A stretch of DNA of 64,000 bases, from the NCBI GenBank assembly GCA_963708025.1, contig CAVPSB010000025.1, positions 384,001 through 448,000 of the forward strand. Reading direction: 5' to 3'. This stretch comes from an uncultured Candidatus Rokubacteria bacterium (lineage in GTDB: Bacteria; Methylomirabilota; Methylomirabilia; Rokubacteriales; DASRDR01). The position numbers and the translations under genes are program-made. Shown one piece after another: positions 19,157-29,148 of the stretch (position 1 is its first letter; every line of letters starts with the position of its first letter). The notes under the pieces were generated by a model that made no database searches, was not told the origin of the DNA, and worked only from the letters and a program-made list of their open reading frames with translations.

Positions 19157-19524
19157 GCCGAGCGGCGCGTCGGCGTGGTCGAGCGCCGGCCCCGGTCCGG
19201 GGAGGCGCCGGCGAAGAACCGGTGGATCGCGTGGCCGGCGGAGCGCAGGCTGTCCCGGAGGGCGTAGCCGAAATCCCGGGCGCGGTCGTGCAGCGCGTCG
19301 GCGACCGGCTTCGCCTGCCGGCCGGCCCGCCTCAGCCGGGTGCCGGCCTGCCGGGCGGCGTCGGACACCGCCTTGCCGACGCCCTTGGCGGATTCCTCGA
19401 CGCCCTGGCCGATCTTCCGAGCGCCCTCGGCGACCTGGCCCGGACCCTGCCTGGCCGTCGCGCCGGCCGAGCCCGTCGCCAGCGCGACCACCAGGGCGAG
19501 CGCAACGGACCCGACGATTCGCAT
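19153..19524 (-). CDS. Small exported helical hypothetical protein
   Basis: Signal peptide followed by amphipathic A/G/K-rich segments. Confidence 0.55.
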   Translation of the reverse strand: MRIVGSVALALVVALATGSAGATARQGPGQVAEGARKIGQGVEESAKGVGKAVSDAARQAGTRLRRAGRQAKPVADALHDRARDFGYALRDSLRSAGHAIHRFFAGASPDRGRRSTTPTRRSA

Positions 19525-19621
19525 CGGGCTCCACCATGCCGGGCGGGCTGCCGGTTGTCAAGATTTCGACAGCCGACGCTTCGGCGGGAAGCTTGACCCC
19601 CCCGCGACGCCGGTGCTATGA

Positions 19622-20464
19622 GTGGATCACGGGCCGCTCGGGCGCGCCCGGTCTTCGGAGCGACACGTGATTCAGGCTGCCGCTGAACCCCGGACCTTCG
19701 CTCGGCCGTCCAGGTCGAGGCCTCGCCGCCGCCCCGCCGGCCGCCGCCTCCGGCTGGCCTGTTACGGGGTGGTCGGAGTCGGGCTCCTGGTCGTCCTGAA
19801 CTGGGGCTACCACGTCATCCGCAAGCCGACCGAGCTGCTGGCCCCGGTGAGCCCGGTGCTGGCCAAGACGCCCCGCGCCACGTGGGCCGCGTACGGCCAT
19901 CTCTTCGCGGAGCATTCCACGGAGGTCATGACGCCGGAGCTCCTGGCCGCGCTCGCCCAGGTGGAGGGAAGCGGCAATCCGATCGCCCGGACGTACTGGC
20001 GCTGGCAGTGGTCGCTGAACCCGTTCGAGATCTACCGGCCAGCCTCCAGCGCGGTCGGGATGCTGCAGATCACCGATGGCACGTTCCGGGAGGCCCGGCG
20101 GTACTGCATCCACGACCACGTGGTGGTCAGGGACGGCCCGTGGCACGACGCGGACTCGTGCTGGTTCAACGCCCTCTACACCCGCGCCGTCCCGAGCCAC
20201 GCCATCGAGATGACGGCCGCCTACCTGCACCAAGCGGTGGTCGAGACGCTGGGCCGCTCCCGGCCCGCTCGCGGGAGCCTGGCCCAGAAGCAGGATCTGG
20301 CGGCAGTGATCCACCTGTGCGGCCCGAAGCGCGGGGAGGCCTTCGCCAGGCGCGGCTTCCGCGTCGCGCCGGGCGAGCGCTGCGGCGACCACGACGTGCG
20401 CCAGTACCTCGCCCAGGTCGCCGCCCAGAAGCGCCAGTTCGCCCGCCTCGGCGACGCCGGGTAG
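19622..20464 (+). CDS. Membrane-anchored lytic transglycosylase-like (SLT) protein
   Basis: N-terminal TM helix; LAQVEGSG, SSAVGMLQITDGTF; start uncertain. Confidence 0.7.
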   Translation: MDHGPLGRARSSERHVIQAAAEPRTFARPSRSRPRRRPAGRRLRLACYGVVGVGLLVVLNWGYHVIRKPTELLAPVSPVLAKTPRATWAAYGHLFAEHSTEVMTPELLAALAQVEGSGNPIARTYWRWQWSLNPFEIYRPASSAVGMLQITDGTFREARRYCIHDHVVVRDGPWHDADSCWFNALYTRAVPSHAIEMTAAYLHQAVVETLGRSRPARGSLAQKQDLAAVIHLCGPKRGEAFARRGFRVAPGERCGDHDVRQYLAQVAAQKRQFARLGDAG

Positions 20465-20700
20465 TCCGCTCGCGATCCGCCCCTTCCCGGGGAGGAACCC
20501 CCGGTTTCGCCACCGACTGCCACCACCACCAGTGACCACTCCGCCCTGGGCGGCTCCCAAGTCCTCGATTTCACGTCAGGGACCGTTGGCGAGCCGGCTG
20601 CACTATCACCGTGCAGGCTGGACGCCGCGGGAATTCCGCCGGCGCCCGAGACGCACCCTGGGAAGAGGACCGCGAGGATCGCGGCCAAGGAGGACCGGAG

Positions 20701-21742
20701 ATGGCAGCTCACCGCTCCCCGATTCAGTGCATCGTCCCACCCCACATCCTCAAGGAGGTCGTCCGCAACGGCTCCCCGTCGCAGCGCGCCTGGGCCCTGC
20801 GGACCATGATCATGTCCGAGCAGATGCGCGGCCGGCGCCAGGCCCTGGGCGCCATGGCGTTCCCCGACGCGGCCGGGGGCAAGCACCGCTCGGTCTACGA
20901 CGCCAAGCACCTCATGGACCTGCCCGGGGTCCTCGTCCGCGACGAGGGAGACCCGGAGAGCGGCGACCCGGGAGTCAACGAGGCTTACGACGGCGCCGGC
21001 GCGACCTACGACCTGTACGCCGAGGTCTACGATCGGGCCTCGATCGACGACAAGGGGCTCCGGCTCGTCTCCACCGTCCACTACGCGGTGGACTACGACA
21101 ACGCGTTCTGGGACGGGCACCAGATGGTCTACGGCGACGGTGACGGCCAGATCTTCCAGCGCTTCACCAAGTCCCTCGACGTCATCGGCCACGAGCTGAC
21201 ACACGGCGTCACCCAGTACGAGGCCGGTCTCGCGTACTGGGAACAGCCGGGCGCGCTGAACGAGTCCTTCTCGGACGTCTTCGGCTCGCTGGTAAAGCAG
21301 CGCGTCCTGGGCCAGACGGTGGACAAGGCGGACTGGCTGATCGGCGAAGGCCTGTTCACCTCGGCGGTCCACGGGTTCGCGCTCCGCTCGATGATGGCGC
21401 CGGGCACCGCCTACGACGATCCCGTGATCGGGAAGGATCCCCAGCCGGCCCACATGCGCGACTTCGTGACGACCAACGACGACAACGGCGGCGTCCACAT
21501 CAACTCCGGCATCCCGAACCACGCGTTCTACCTGACCGCCACGGCGCTCGGCGGCAACGCCTGGGAAGAGGCCGGCCGGATCTGGTACGTCGCCCTGCGC
21601 GACCGGATCCGCTCGAGGTCGAACGTTCCAGCAGGCGGCCAACCTCATCATGCGGGTGGCGGCGGAGCTCTACGGGGCGGGGAGCCGCCAGGAGAAGGCC
21701 GTCCGCGACGGCTGGGCGGGGGTCGGCATCACCGTCCGGTAG
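20701..21742 (+). CDS. Protealysin-like M4 metallopeptidase; +1 frameshift near 21625
   Basis: Short propeptide CIVPPHIL, YDNAFWDG, HELTH, GALNESFSD, GGVHINSGIPN; the corrected frame ends FQQAANL..GWAGVGITVR*. Confidence 0.92.
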
Positions 21743-21864
21743 CCGGCAGGGGGATGCGTGTCGTCCGGGCGCCAGGGACCCTGTCCGTCGCGGGCCTGCT
21801 TTGGGTAAGCTACCTCGCGTGCGCGGCGACCGAGGCACCGAACCCGAACGCGAGGAGCAGCCCG

Positions 21865-22172
21865 ATGCGGGTCCACTTCGAGCGGACCGGTGGCATGGCG
21901 GGGATGCGGCTCACGGCCACGATCGACGGCGAGGCCCTGGCGCCCGACGAGCAGAGACAGCTGGAGGAACTGGTCACGGCGGCGGATTTCTTCGCGTTGC
22001 CCGAGCGCCTGGCCTCCCCGTCGCCCGGGGCCGACCGGTTCCAGTACCGGGTGACCGTGGAGCGGGGGGATCAGCGGCACAGCGTCCTGATCGAGGAGGC
22101 CGCCTCCCCCCAGCTCTCCGGCCCCTCCTGGAGTGGCTGACCCGGGCAGCGCGCGGCCGGCGGGGATCGTAG
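21865..22172 (+). CDS. Emfourin-type protealysin inhibitor; frameshift in a C run near 22110
   Basis: MRVHFERTGGMAG..ADFFALP..GADRFQYRVTVE..LRPLLEWL; GAGGAG RBS; lies directly after the M4 protease. Confidence 0.85.
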
Positions 22173-22224
22173 TCGGACGGACCGCCGGGCCGTGAGCCCG
22201 AGGTCCGGAAGGTGGAGGTGACCC

Positions 22225-22899
22225 ATGGTCAAGCTGTATCGGCAACTGGCTCTCGGCGGCTCGAGCGCGGTCGGGGCGAGCGCGGCCGTGCTCGCGGACC
22301 TGACCCAGAAGAACGAGGCATCGGCGCTGTTGAAGATCGGCGGCGTGGTCGGGGCGACCTGGCTGGCGGCGCTGGTCGTGGTGGTCCTGGCGGTGGCCGT
22401 CTGCTTCATCTTCGAGTGCCCCACGCCGCGTCGGGCCTTCTACACCGGGGCCAGCGTCCTCACGATCCTGATGGCCACGGTGCCGTACAAGGTCCCACCG
22501 AGCATCAACACCAACCCGGACAAGGTGGCCACGGTGGCCCCGCGACAGACCGGCTGGCTCCTGGGTCCCTCGATGGCGTACGCGCAGGTCCGGACGGCCG
22601 CCGTCTCGCCGGTCGCCCTCCGGGTCAACCTGACGACCGAGGACGGCCGGCCGGTCTCGCGGGCGATGCTGACGCTCCGGGATCCCGAGAGCGACGCGAT
22701 CGTCGCCCGCTCGAACCTGAGCGGCGCCTCGTTCGACCTCTACCCGGCGCCCGGACGCTACGCGCTGGTCGTGGAGGTGCCGGGGTACGCCATCACGCGA
22801 CGCGAGATCGACCTGCGGGCGGGACGCCCCCTGCAGCTCGACATCCGCCTGGAGGCGGACGGGATCCCGCTGCCCCTCCAGCGGTTGTACCGGAAGTAG
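22225..22899 (+). CDS. Membrane protein with a C-terminal carboxypeptidase-regulatory-like beta-sandwich
   Basis: About 3 TM segments, then DGRPVSRA..PGRYALVVEVPGY. Confidence 0.6.
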   Translation: MVKLYRQLALGGSSAVGASAAVLADLTQKNEASALLKIGGVVGATWLAALVVVVLAVAVCFIFECPTPRRAFYTGASVLTILMATVPYKVPPSINTNPDKVATVAPRQTGWLLGPSMAYAQVRTAAVSPVALRVNLTTEDGRPVSRAMLTLRDPESDAIVARSNLSGASFDLYPAPGRYALVVEVPGYAITRREIDLRAGRPLQLDIRLEADGIPLPLQRLYRK

Positions 22900-22913
22900 G
22901 CGGGACGCTTCGC

Positions 22914-23987
22914 CTAGCCCGGGCGGGCCACGTAGAGCGAGTTGGCGGGGTCCACGCGCTCGAAGAGCCGGACGTCCGTGAAGCCGGCCTCGCGCAGCAT
23001 GCGGGTGGCCAGCCCGGTCCCCCAGGCAGTGCCGAGGCCGGCCCCGCCATGGGCCAGGGAGACGGTCATGCAGTGCATCGTGCTGACGGTGTAGACGAAC
23101 GCGGTCATCGGCATCCCGACGTTCTCTTCCAGCCGGCTGGAGGCGTGGACGTCGACCATGAGGAAGAGACCGCCGGGGGCCAGCGCCTGCCGGACGCACC
23201 GCAGCACGGCCGCGGGATCGATCTGGTCGTGGATGGCGTCGAAGGCCGTGATCAGGTCGAACCGGGGCTCGGACGGCAGGCGTGCCACGTCCTGCACGAC
23301 GAAGGAGACGTTCGCCACGCTCATGGCTGCCGCCTCCTGGCGGGCGCGGGCGATGGCCGCCTCCGAGAAGTCGTAGCCGACGAAGACGCTCCGCGGGAAT
23401 CGCTGGGCCATCAGGTTCACGCAGAAGCCGGTGCCGCACCCGACGTCGGCGACCCGGATGCCGGACTCCAGGCGCGGCAGCAGCCCCTCCGGCAGGGCGA
23501 GGTACTTCGTGAAGAGCAGCTCCAGGTAGCGGGGCCGGCTCCGGGCGTCCATCACCCCGGTGAACTCGGGCTGGTAGGCGGCATAGGGGACGCCGCCGCC
23601 CTTCCGGAACGCCTCGACCACCGCGGGGACGACGCGGCCGAGCAGCGGGAACAGGGTGGCGAGCGTGCAGAGGTTCCGGCTGGTCTGGCCGGTCAACAGC
23701 ACCGCGTGCTCGGGCGGCAGCCGGTAGGTCTCGGCGGCCGCGTCGTACTCGACCAGGCCGCCGCAGACCATGGCCCCGAGCCATTCGCGGACGTAGCGCT
23801 CGGTGAGCCCGGCGCGCTCGGCGATGGCCGCGCTGGAGGCCGCCGGCAGCGTCGCCATCGCCTCGAAGAGCCCCGTCTGCCGCCCGACCTCCATCATCAG
23901 CACGACCGACGCGCCCGTGAAGTGGCCGACCATCTGCTGGGTGAAGGCCTTGACCTTGGCGTCGTCGAGCAGGCGCGGCGTCGTCAT
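22914..23987 (-). CDS. Class I SAM methyltransferase with N-terminal winged helix (Rv2258c-like)
   Basis: GLTERYVREWL, ADVGCGTG, FDAIHD, STMHCMTVSLA. Confidence 0.9.
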   Translation of the reverse strand: MTTPRLLDDAKVKAFTQQMVGHFTGASVVLMMEVGRQTGLFEAMATLPAASSAAIAERAGLTERYVREWLGAMVCGGLVEYDAAAETYRLPPEHAVLLTGQTSRNLCTLATLFPLLGRVVPAVVEAFRKGGGVPYAAYQPEFTGVMDARSRPRYLELLFTKYLALPEGLLPRLESGIRVADVGCGTGFCVNLMAQRFPRSVFVGYDFSEAAIARARQEAAAMSVANVSFVVQDVARLPSEPRFDLITAFDAIHDQIDPAAVLRCVRQALAPGGLFLMVDVHASSRLEENVGMPMTAFVYTVSTMHCMTVSLAHGGAGLGTAWGTGLATRMLREAGFTDVRLFERVDPANSLYVARPG

Positions 23988-24252
23988 GACAGCGGATCCT
24001 CTCTCATCTCTCATCGGAGATTCGTGGGCCCGACCCCGGTGCGGCGCCAGGATCATGCCCCTCGGGTGGCGGCCGGAGCAAGGCGCGCCGGCGACCCCTT
24101 GACCTCGTTGACCTCGCCGGCTCACGAAGAGTAGCATCCGCGGCGTGGAGTCGTGCGACGCCGGTGTGTCGGGGATGTTGGCCGGCTCGTCGACGCGGAC
24201 TGCAGCGCGACCTCGGCGGTCGTGAAGCGGCGACGGCTGGTGGGCGGGCCGA

Positions 24253-24624
24253 GTGGACCGAGTGCTCATGAAGCGACCCGTGGCGATCTGGCTCGTCGTA
24301 CTCCTACTGGCGGTCTCGGGGGTCTACACGCTGTGGGGAGTGGCGACCCTGCGTCGCTGGGAGTTCGCCCCGGTGGGTGTGCTATCGCTCTTGGGAAGCG
24401 GCGGGCTCGTGCGTGGCCGGCGGTGGTCGCAGCCGGTCGTCCACCTGGTCGCGGCGTTCGCCGTCATCGGATGGGGCTATGGTGTGTGGCGCGTGGCGGC
24501 GGCGGGCTGGCCCTCCACGGACGTGATGAGGACGATCTTCTCGCTGCTTCCGGGAGCGTGCTGGGTCGTCGGCTGGTCCGGCTCCAGCCTGCTCGTCTTC
24601 CGATACTTCCGGTCGCGACACTGA
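24253..24624 (+). CDS. Small multi-pass membrane hypothetical protein
   Basis: Four hydrophobic segments. Confidence 0.5.
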   Translation: MDRVLMKRPVAIWLVVLLLAVSGVYTLWGVATLRRWEFAPVGVLSLLGSGGLVRGRRWSQPVVHLVAAFAVIGWGYGVWRVAAAGWPSTDVMRTIFSLLPGACWVVGWSGSSLLVFRYFRSRH

Positions 24625-24667
24625 GCCGCTCGGCGACCGACCGACCGGATCAGGGGGAGCCCATGTC

Positions 24668-25252
24668 ATGGACCCGAGCCTGACGACGCTGCTCGAGGAG
24701 TTGGCGCGGTTCGGCGACGAGAACGACGCGCGGGAGACCGAGCGGCCGAAGCGGATGCTGAACATCACCCCCGACACCGGGCGGCTTCTCTGGATCCTGA
24801 TCCGCTCGGCGCGGGCCGCGCGCATCCTGGAGGTCGGCACCTCCAACGCGTACTCGACGATCTGGCTGGCCGACGCCGCCCGCGCCCTCGACGGGCGGGT
24901 CACGACGCTGGAGCGGAACCCCGAGAAGGCGCGGATGGCCCGGCAGAACTTGACGCGGGCGGGATTGCTGGATCGCGTGGACCTCCGGGAAGGGCCGGCG
25001 GTGGAGACGCTGGCGACCCTGCCCGGTCCCTTTGACCTCGTCTTCCTCGACGCCGACCGGCCGAGCTACCGCGCGTACCTGGACCTGGCGCTCCCCAAGC
25101 TGGTGCCCGGCGGGCTGCTCGTCGCGGACAACGTCGTCTCCCACGCCAGCGAGCTGGAGGACTACCTCGCCCGCGTGAAGTCGCACCCCGACCTCTGCTC
25201 GGTGACGGTGCCGGTCGGGAAGGGCGAGGAGATCTCCCTCAAGCTCCGCTGA
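24668..25252 (+). CDS. O-methyltransferase (Methyltransf_3 family)
   Basis: LEVGTSNAYSTIWLA, FDLVFLDADR, LLVADNV. Confidence 0.9.
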   Translation: MDPSLTTLLEELARFGDENDARETERPKRMLNITPDTGRLLWILIRSARAARILEVGTSNAYSTIWLADAARALDGRVTTLERNPEKARMARQNLTRAGLLDRVDLREGPAVETLATLPGPFDLVFLDADRPSYRAYLDLALPKLVPGGLLVADNVVSHASELEDYLARVKSHPDLCSVTVPVGKGEEISLKLR

Positions 25253-25445
25253 GCAAGCCTGAGCGCAAGTCTGGGCGGCGGCCGATTCTGCTGGCCTCGG
25301 GGGTGATCCGGGGCGCGGCCCGCGCCCGCGTCAACGTGGCGGGCGGGTCGCGCGCTCGCGAGCGGGCGGCCGGGGCGATGGCGGCCGGCGGGGGTCGGGG
25401 ATGGTCCCGGACCGTGTCTGCCTCGGTGAACGCCCTGCCGCCCAC

Positions 25446-26019
25446 GCGCAATTGGCCGTGGGCCGCCCTCATGCGGCGCGCGGAGCCCGCCACATCACTG
25501 GCAGGAGGTGCAGTATGACGGGTCGTCCTTCGCGCTCGACGTGCTGGCGTGCCCCCGCTGCGGGGGGCGGATGCGCGTGATCGCGACCGTCGCGGACCCA
25601 ACCGCGATCGGCCAGATCCTGGGGGCCCGGCCGCCCGGCACGCCTCGCGGGCCTGGCCCGCCCGCCCCGGCCGTCGGCTGAGCGTCCGACACGGCCCGCG
25701 CCGGCCGGGAACCCTCGACCGGAGGTGGGCCGCCGCCCGGCCCGGCGACCGGCGGCTCGCCCTGCTTGCCCCCCCTGTGCCGCGCCCGCGTCGCTCCTGA
25801 CCGAGCCTCAGACCGCCCGGACCATTCCTGGCCGGATCCCGCGCGGCTCTCGCGCTTGACACCAGCCGCCCGTCTTCCCACCATTGCCCCGGGAAGGGGG
25901 TCATCCGCCAGCCGCCCTGGGGGCTATGACCCCGCCCTGGGCTATGATCCCTATGACCGAGAACGGTCATAATGTCGCCTACCCCCCTCATTATGTCGCC
26001 TACCCCCTCGCCTACCCCC
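25446..26019 (+). mobile_element. IS91-like (rolling-circle) element remnant: transposase C-terminus plus 3' terminal region
   Basis: RNWPWAALMRRA / FALDVLACPRCGGRMRVIATVADPTAIGQIL (TGA 25679-25681), recalled as typical of IS91-like C-termini; the terminal motif recurs at 28444-28497. Confidence 0.7.
25856..25884 (+). promoter_or_regulatory. Possible outward-facing sigma70 promoter in the IS91-like end
   Basis: TTGACA-N17-CACCAT. Confidence 0.35.
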
Positions 26020-26178
26020 AGCCGGCGGGAGCCCCCGCAAGGCGTCGAACAGGCCGGTGCGGTGGCCCACCGAGATCATGAGACAGGCGGCGCCGAGGTT
26101 CAGCGTGTCCAGGAGCCGTCCGGCGAACGCTTCCGCCTTCGCTGCGTCAAAGCCCGTGCGTTCTTCCGAAGGTGGCAT
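26020..26178 (-). pseudogene. N-terminal fragment of an Rv2258c-like methyltransferase
   Basis: [31 protein letters not shown], similar to the start of 22914-23987; truncated at the IS-end motif. Confidence 0.75.
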
Positions 26179-26307
26179 TGAAAGTCTCCCGATCTTTCCG
26201 GTGCGTCCTATTCCGTGGGGCTGGATTCCCCGAGCATCACTCGATTCCGGAGGCCACGCAAGGCGGTAACGTCAAGGCCAGGCCTCACGGTCAACGGGTA
26301 ACGGGCC

Positions 26308-26715
26308 AGGTGCCACAGCCTCTCGGTCACTGAGGTGCCAGCGCCTCTCGGTCACTATGATGCTGGGGTAACCCCCCCGGGGAGTGGAGGCGATGGCTAA
26401 GAAGCTCGGCGAAGGGAAGCGAAGCGATACGCGATGGTGGCGGAGGTCAGGGCCGGGGCGTCGATGCGCGCAGTGGCCCGAGCCCATGCGGTGAGCCTCT
26501 CCACCGTGCAGTGGTGGGCTCGACGGGCCGGGGATCTGGCCCTGGATCGGGTCGATTGGAGCGATCGGCCGCCTCTCGCCGAGCGGATCCATCGGACTGA
26601 CTCGGCGGTCGAGGACCTCGTCCTCACCCTGCGACGCGAGCTGAAGGACACGAGCGATCTGGGCGAGTACGGAGCCCGGGCCATCCACCGCGAGCTCGTG
26701 GCTCGCGACCACGTT
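26308..26715 (+). mobile_element. IS481-like transposase 5' remnant with subterminal direct repeats
   Basis: 24-bp repeats aggtgcca(ca/gc)gcctctcggtcact at 26308 and 26333; HTH SMRAVARAHAVSLSTVQWW..EDLVLTLRREL..YGARAIHREL. Confidence 0.6.
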
Positions 26716-27082
26716 CGGATGCCGTCGACAGGGGTTCGACCTCCAGCTCACGCGGCACGGGACGGAAGGCTGGCGCGCGACGTTCTACCCGTAGGGGCGG
26801 ATCCACTCGGCGACCCAGGCGGTCGGGACGGCCTGGACGCGGTCGCCCTGGGCGGCGGTGCAGCGAGCGGCGTGGGAGGCGTTGCGGATTCGGGAAGGCG
26901 ACGCGGTATAGCAGCGGCCCGGTGCCGTTCTGATCGCCTGGACGGAATCTTTCCGGGCTGGCGCACCTCAGAGGACACCGGCCCCCTTGTGGAACGCCCA
27001 GTTAGCGCGGGCGCGTCTCTTGCTCCATCCAACCCGGGGGCGAAGGGGAGCATACCGTCGAGGTGCGTGCGGGAGGGCGGAG

Positions 27083-27469
27083 ATGAGCGGGGTGATGGAG
27101 AGTTTTGATCGGGTTCGTCACAGGGGGCTGGCGCAGGGATTCTATCGGACCCTGCTCGGCGCCGACCCGCGAATCAAGGTCATGTTTGAAAACACGAATT
27201 TCGAGCGGCAGAGAGATCTCTTCCTGCACGGCCTTCTGGTGCTGATCGAGTATGCCAACGGACAGGTGTTGGGAGAAGTGGCAATCGAGCGTCTCGGCGA
27301 GCTTCACAGTCGAAGGAAAATGAATGTGCCGCCCGATCTCTATCCGATCTGGGTGAACTGCCTCGTCGAGACGTTGGCCAGACTCGATCCGCAATTCTCT
27401 CCCACGCTCGACCGGCAATGGCGTGAGACCCTACAAAAAGGGATCGACATCATGACCCGGGTATACTAG
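27083..27469 (+). CDS. Single-domain globin
   Basis: FY (B9/B10)..F (CD1)..Q (E7)..RLGELH (F8 His), LYPIW, QW pattern; visibly lower GC. Confidence 0.85.
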   Translation: MSGVMESFDRVRHRGLAQGFYRTLLGADPRIKVMFENTNFERQRDLFLHGLLVLIEYANGQVLGEVAIERLGELHSRRKMNVPPDLYPIWVNCLVETLARLDPQFSPTLDRQWRETLQKGIDIMTRVY

Positions 27470-28024
27470 CGAGCCGGTTTGGCCTCCACCATCGGATGGC
27501 CAAGAATCGTACTGCTTTCCGGTGGCTAGCCAACACAATACCCCTTCTGCTGCAGACGTCGTGGCAGGATCCGGAGCGCCGCGCGGTCACGGTCGCCGTG
27601 CTACGGGCGCTGCAGCCAGAGTGAGGGTGTGCCCCAGTCTCGAAGTGCACCCACGGACGCCTTACGGCTGCGGGTGTCAACACGATGAGAACATCGTCCG
27701 CGCTTCTCCCGAAATTCTACCTCGGTTACGGCGCCTTGAAGGAAAAGCTTCGCGCGCCAGGCTTCGAGGTCTTCGCTGGCGGAATGCCCTCCGCCGAGAT
27801 TGTCGAGCGTTTCGAGAAGCCAATCAAGCGTGTGCGACGGACGAATCAGCCGAGGAGCGGCGGGAGCGAGAGCGCGGGAACGGGCCGAGGCCGCTGCTCA
27901 GGAGTGGCTCAAGGACGAGGAGCGGGCGGCCGAGCAGGCCAAGAGCGACGCCGAGCGGGATGCGGAGAAGGCGGAGGCGAGGCTCAACGCGGCGGAGAAA
28001 GCGATGAGAGCTATGCGGGAATGA

Positions 28025-28443
<419 letters not shown>

Positions 28444-28497
28444 CCGCCCTGGGGGCTATGGCTATGACCGAGAACGGGCATTATGTTGGCTAGCCGC
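28444..28497 (+). repeat. Second copy of the putative IS91-like terminal motif
   Basis: ccgccctgggggctatg..ctatgaccgagaacgg(g/t)cat(t/a)atgt(t/c)g(g/c)cta shared with 25912-25985. Confidence 0.8.
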
Positions 28498-29108
28498 ACG
28501 TGCTCCTGCTAGACGAGCCGCTCGGAGCGCTGGACAAGAACCTGCGCGCGCAGATGCAGGTCGAGCTCAAGCGCATCCACCGCGAGGTCGGCATCACGAT
28601 GGTGTACGTGACGCACGACCAAACCGGGGCGATGACGATGTCCGACCGCATCGCGGTCTTCAGCCGCGGTACGCTCGAGCAGACAGCGCCGCCGCTCGAG
28701 GTGTATCACCGCCCGCGCACCCGATTCGTGGGCGAGTTCATCGGCGACAGCACCTTCTTCACCGGTCGCGTCAACTCTGCCGCGCCGGGGCGCGTCGAGC
28801 TCGACGGCCTCGGGCCGATCGAGGCGGATGCCGGTGCTTGCCGGCACCTCGCGGGCGCGCCGGCCGACGTGCTCCTGCGCCCCGAGCGTCTTCAGTTGAT
28901 CCGCGACGGCGCGACGCTTCCGAACCGCCTGGCGGTCAAGATTGGCGTGATCGTAAACTACGGCGACAGCGTACTCGTCATCGGCGACGCCCGAGGTCAA
29001 AGCGTACGCATCCGTATCGCGGGCGCGCAGCCCGACGCGGTCCGCGAGGGCGCGACGGTCACCGTGGGCTGGAAGGCGGGTGACGAGCATCTGATCGCGC
29101 GGTCGTGA
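28498..29108 (+). pseudogene. 5'-truncated PotA-like ABC ATPase (Walker B to TOBE domain only)
   Basis: Begins at VLLLDEPLGALDKNLR; YVTHDQ present; no Walker A. Confidence 0.85.
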
Positions 29109-29148
29109 TCGGGACGTTCGTCGACGTCCGCCTGGATCGGGCGCGCAG

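Noticed and set aside
20611-22140. Protease-inhibitor fusion protein (509 aa)
   Set aside because: Produced by a +1 frameshift near 21625; the corrected protease stops at 21742.
24195-24250. Degenerate attC-like sequence before the small membrane gene
   Set aside because: No clear RYYYAAC/GTTRRRY pair; too weak to support.
25912-26356. Short direct repeats as a possible CRISPR array
   Set aside because: No regular repeat-spacer period, only 2-3 adjacent copies, and no cas genes; better explained as IS ends.
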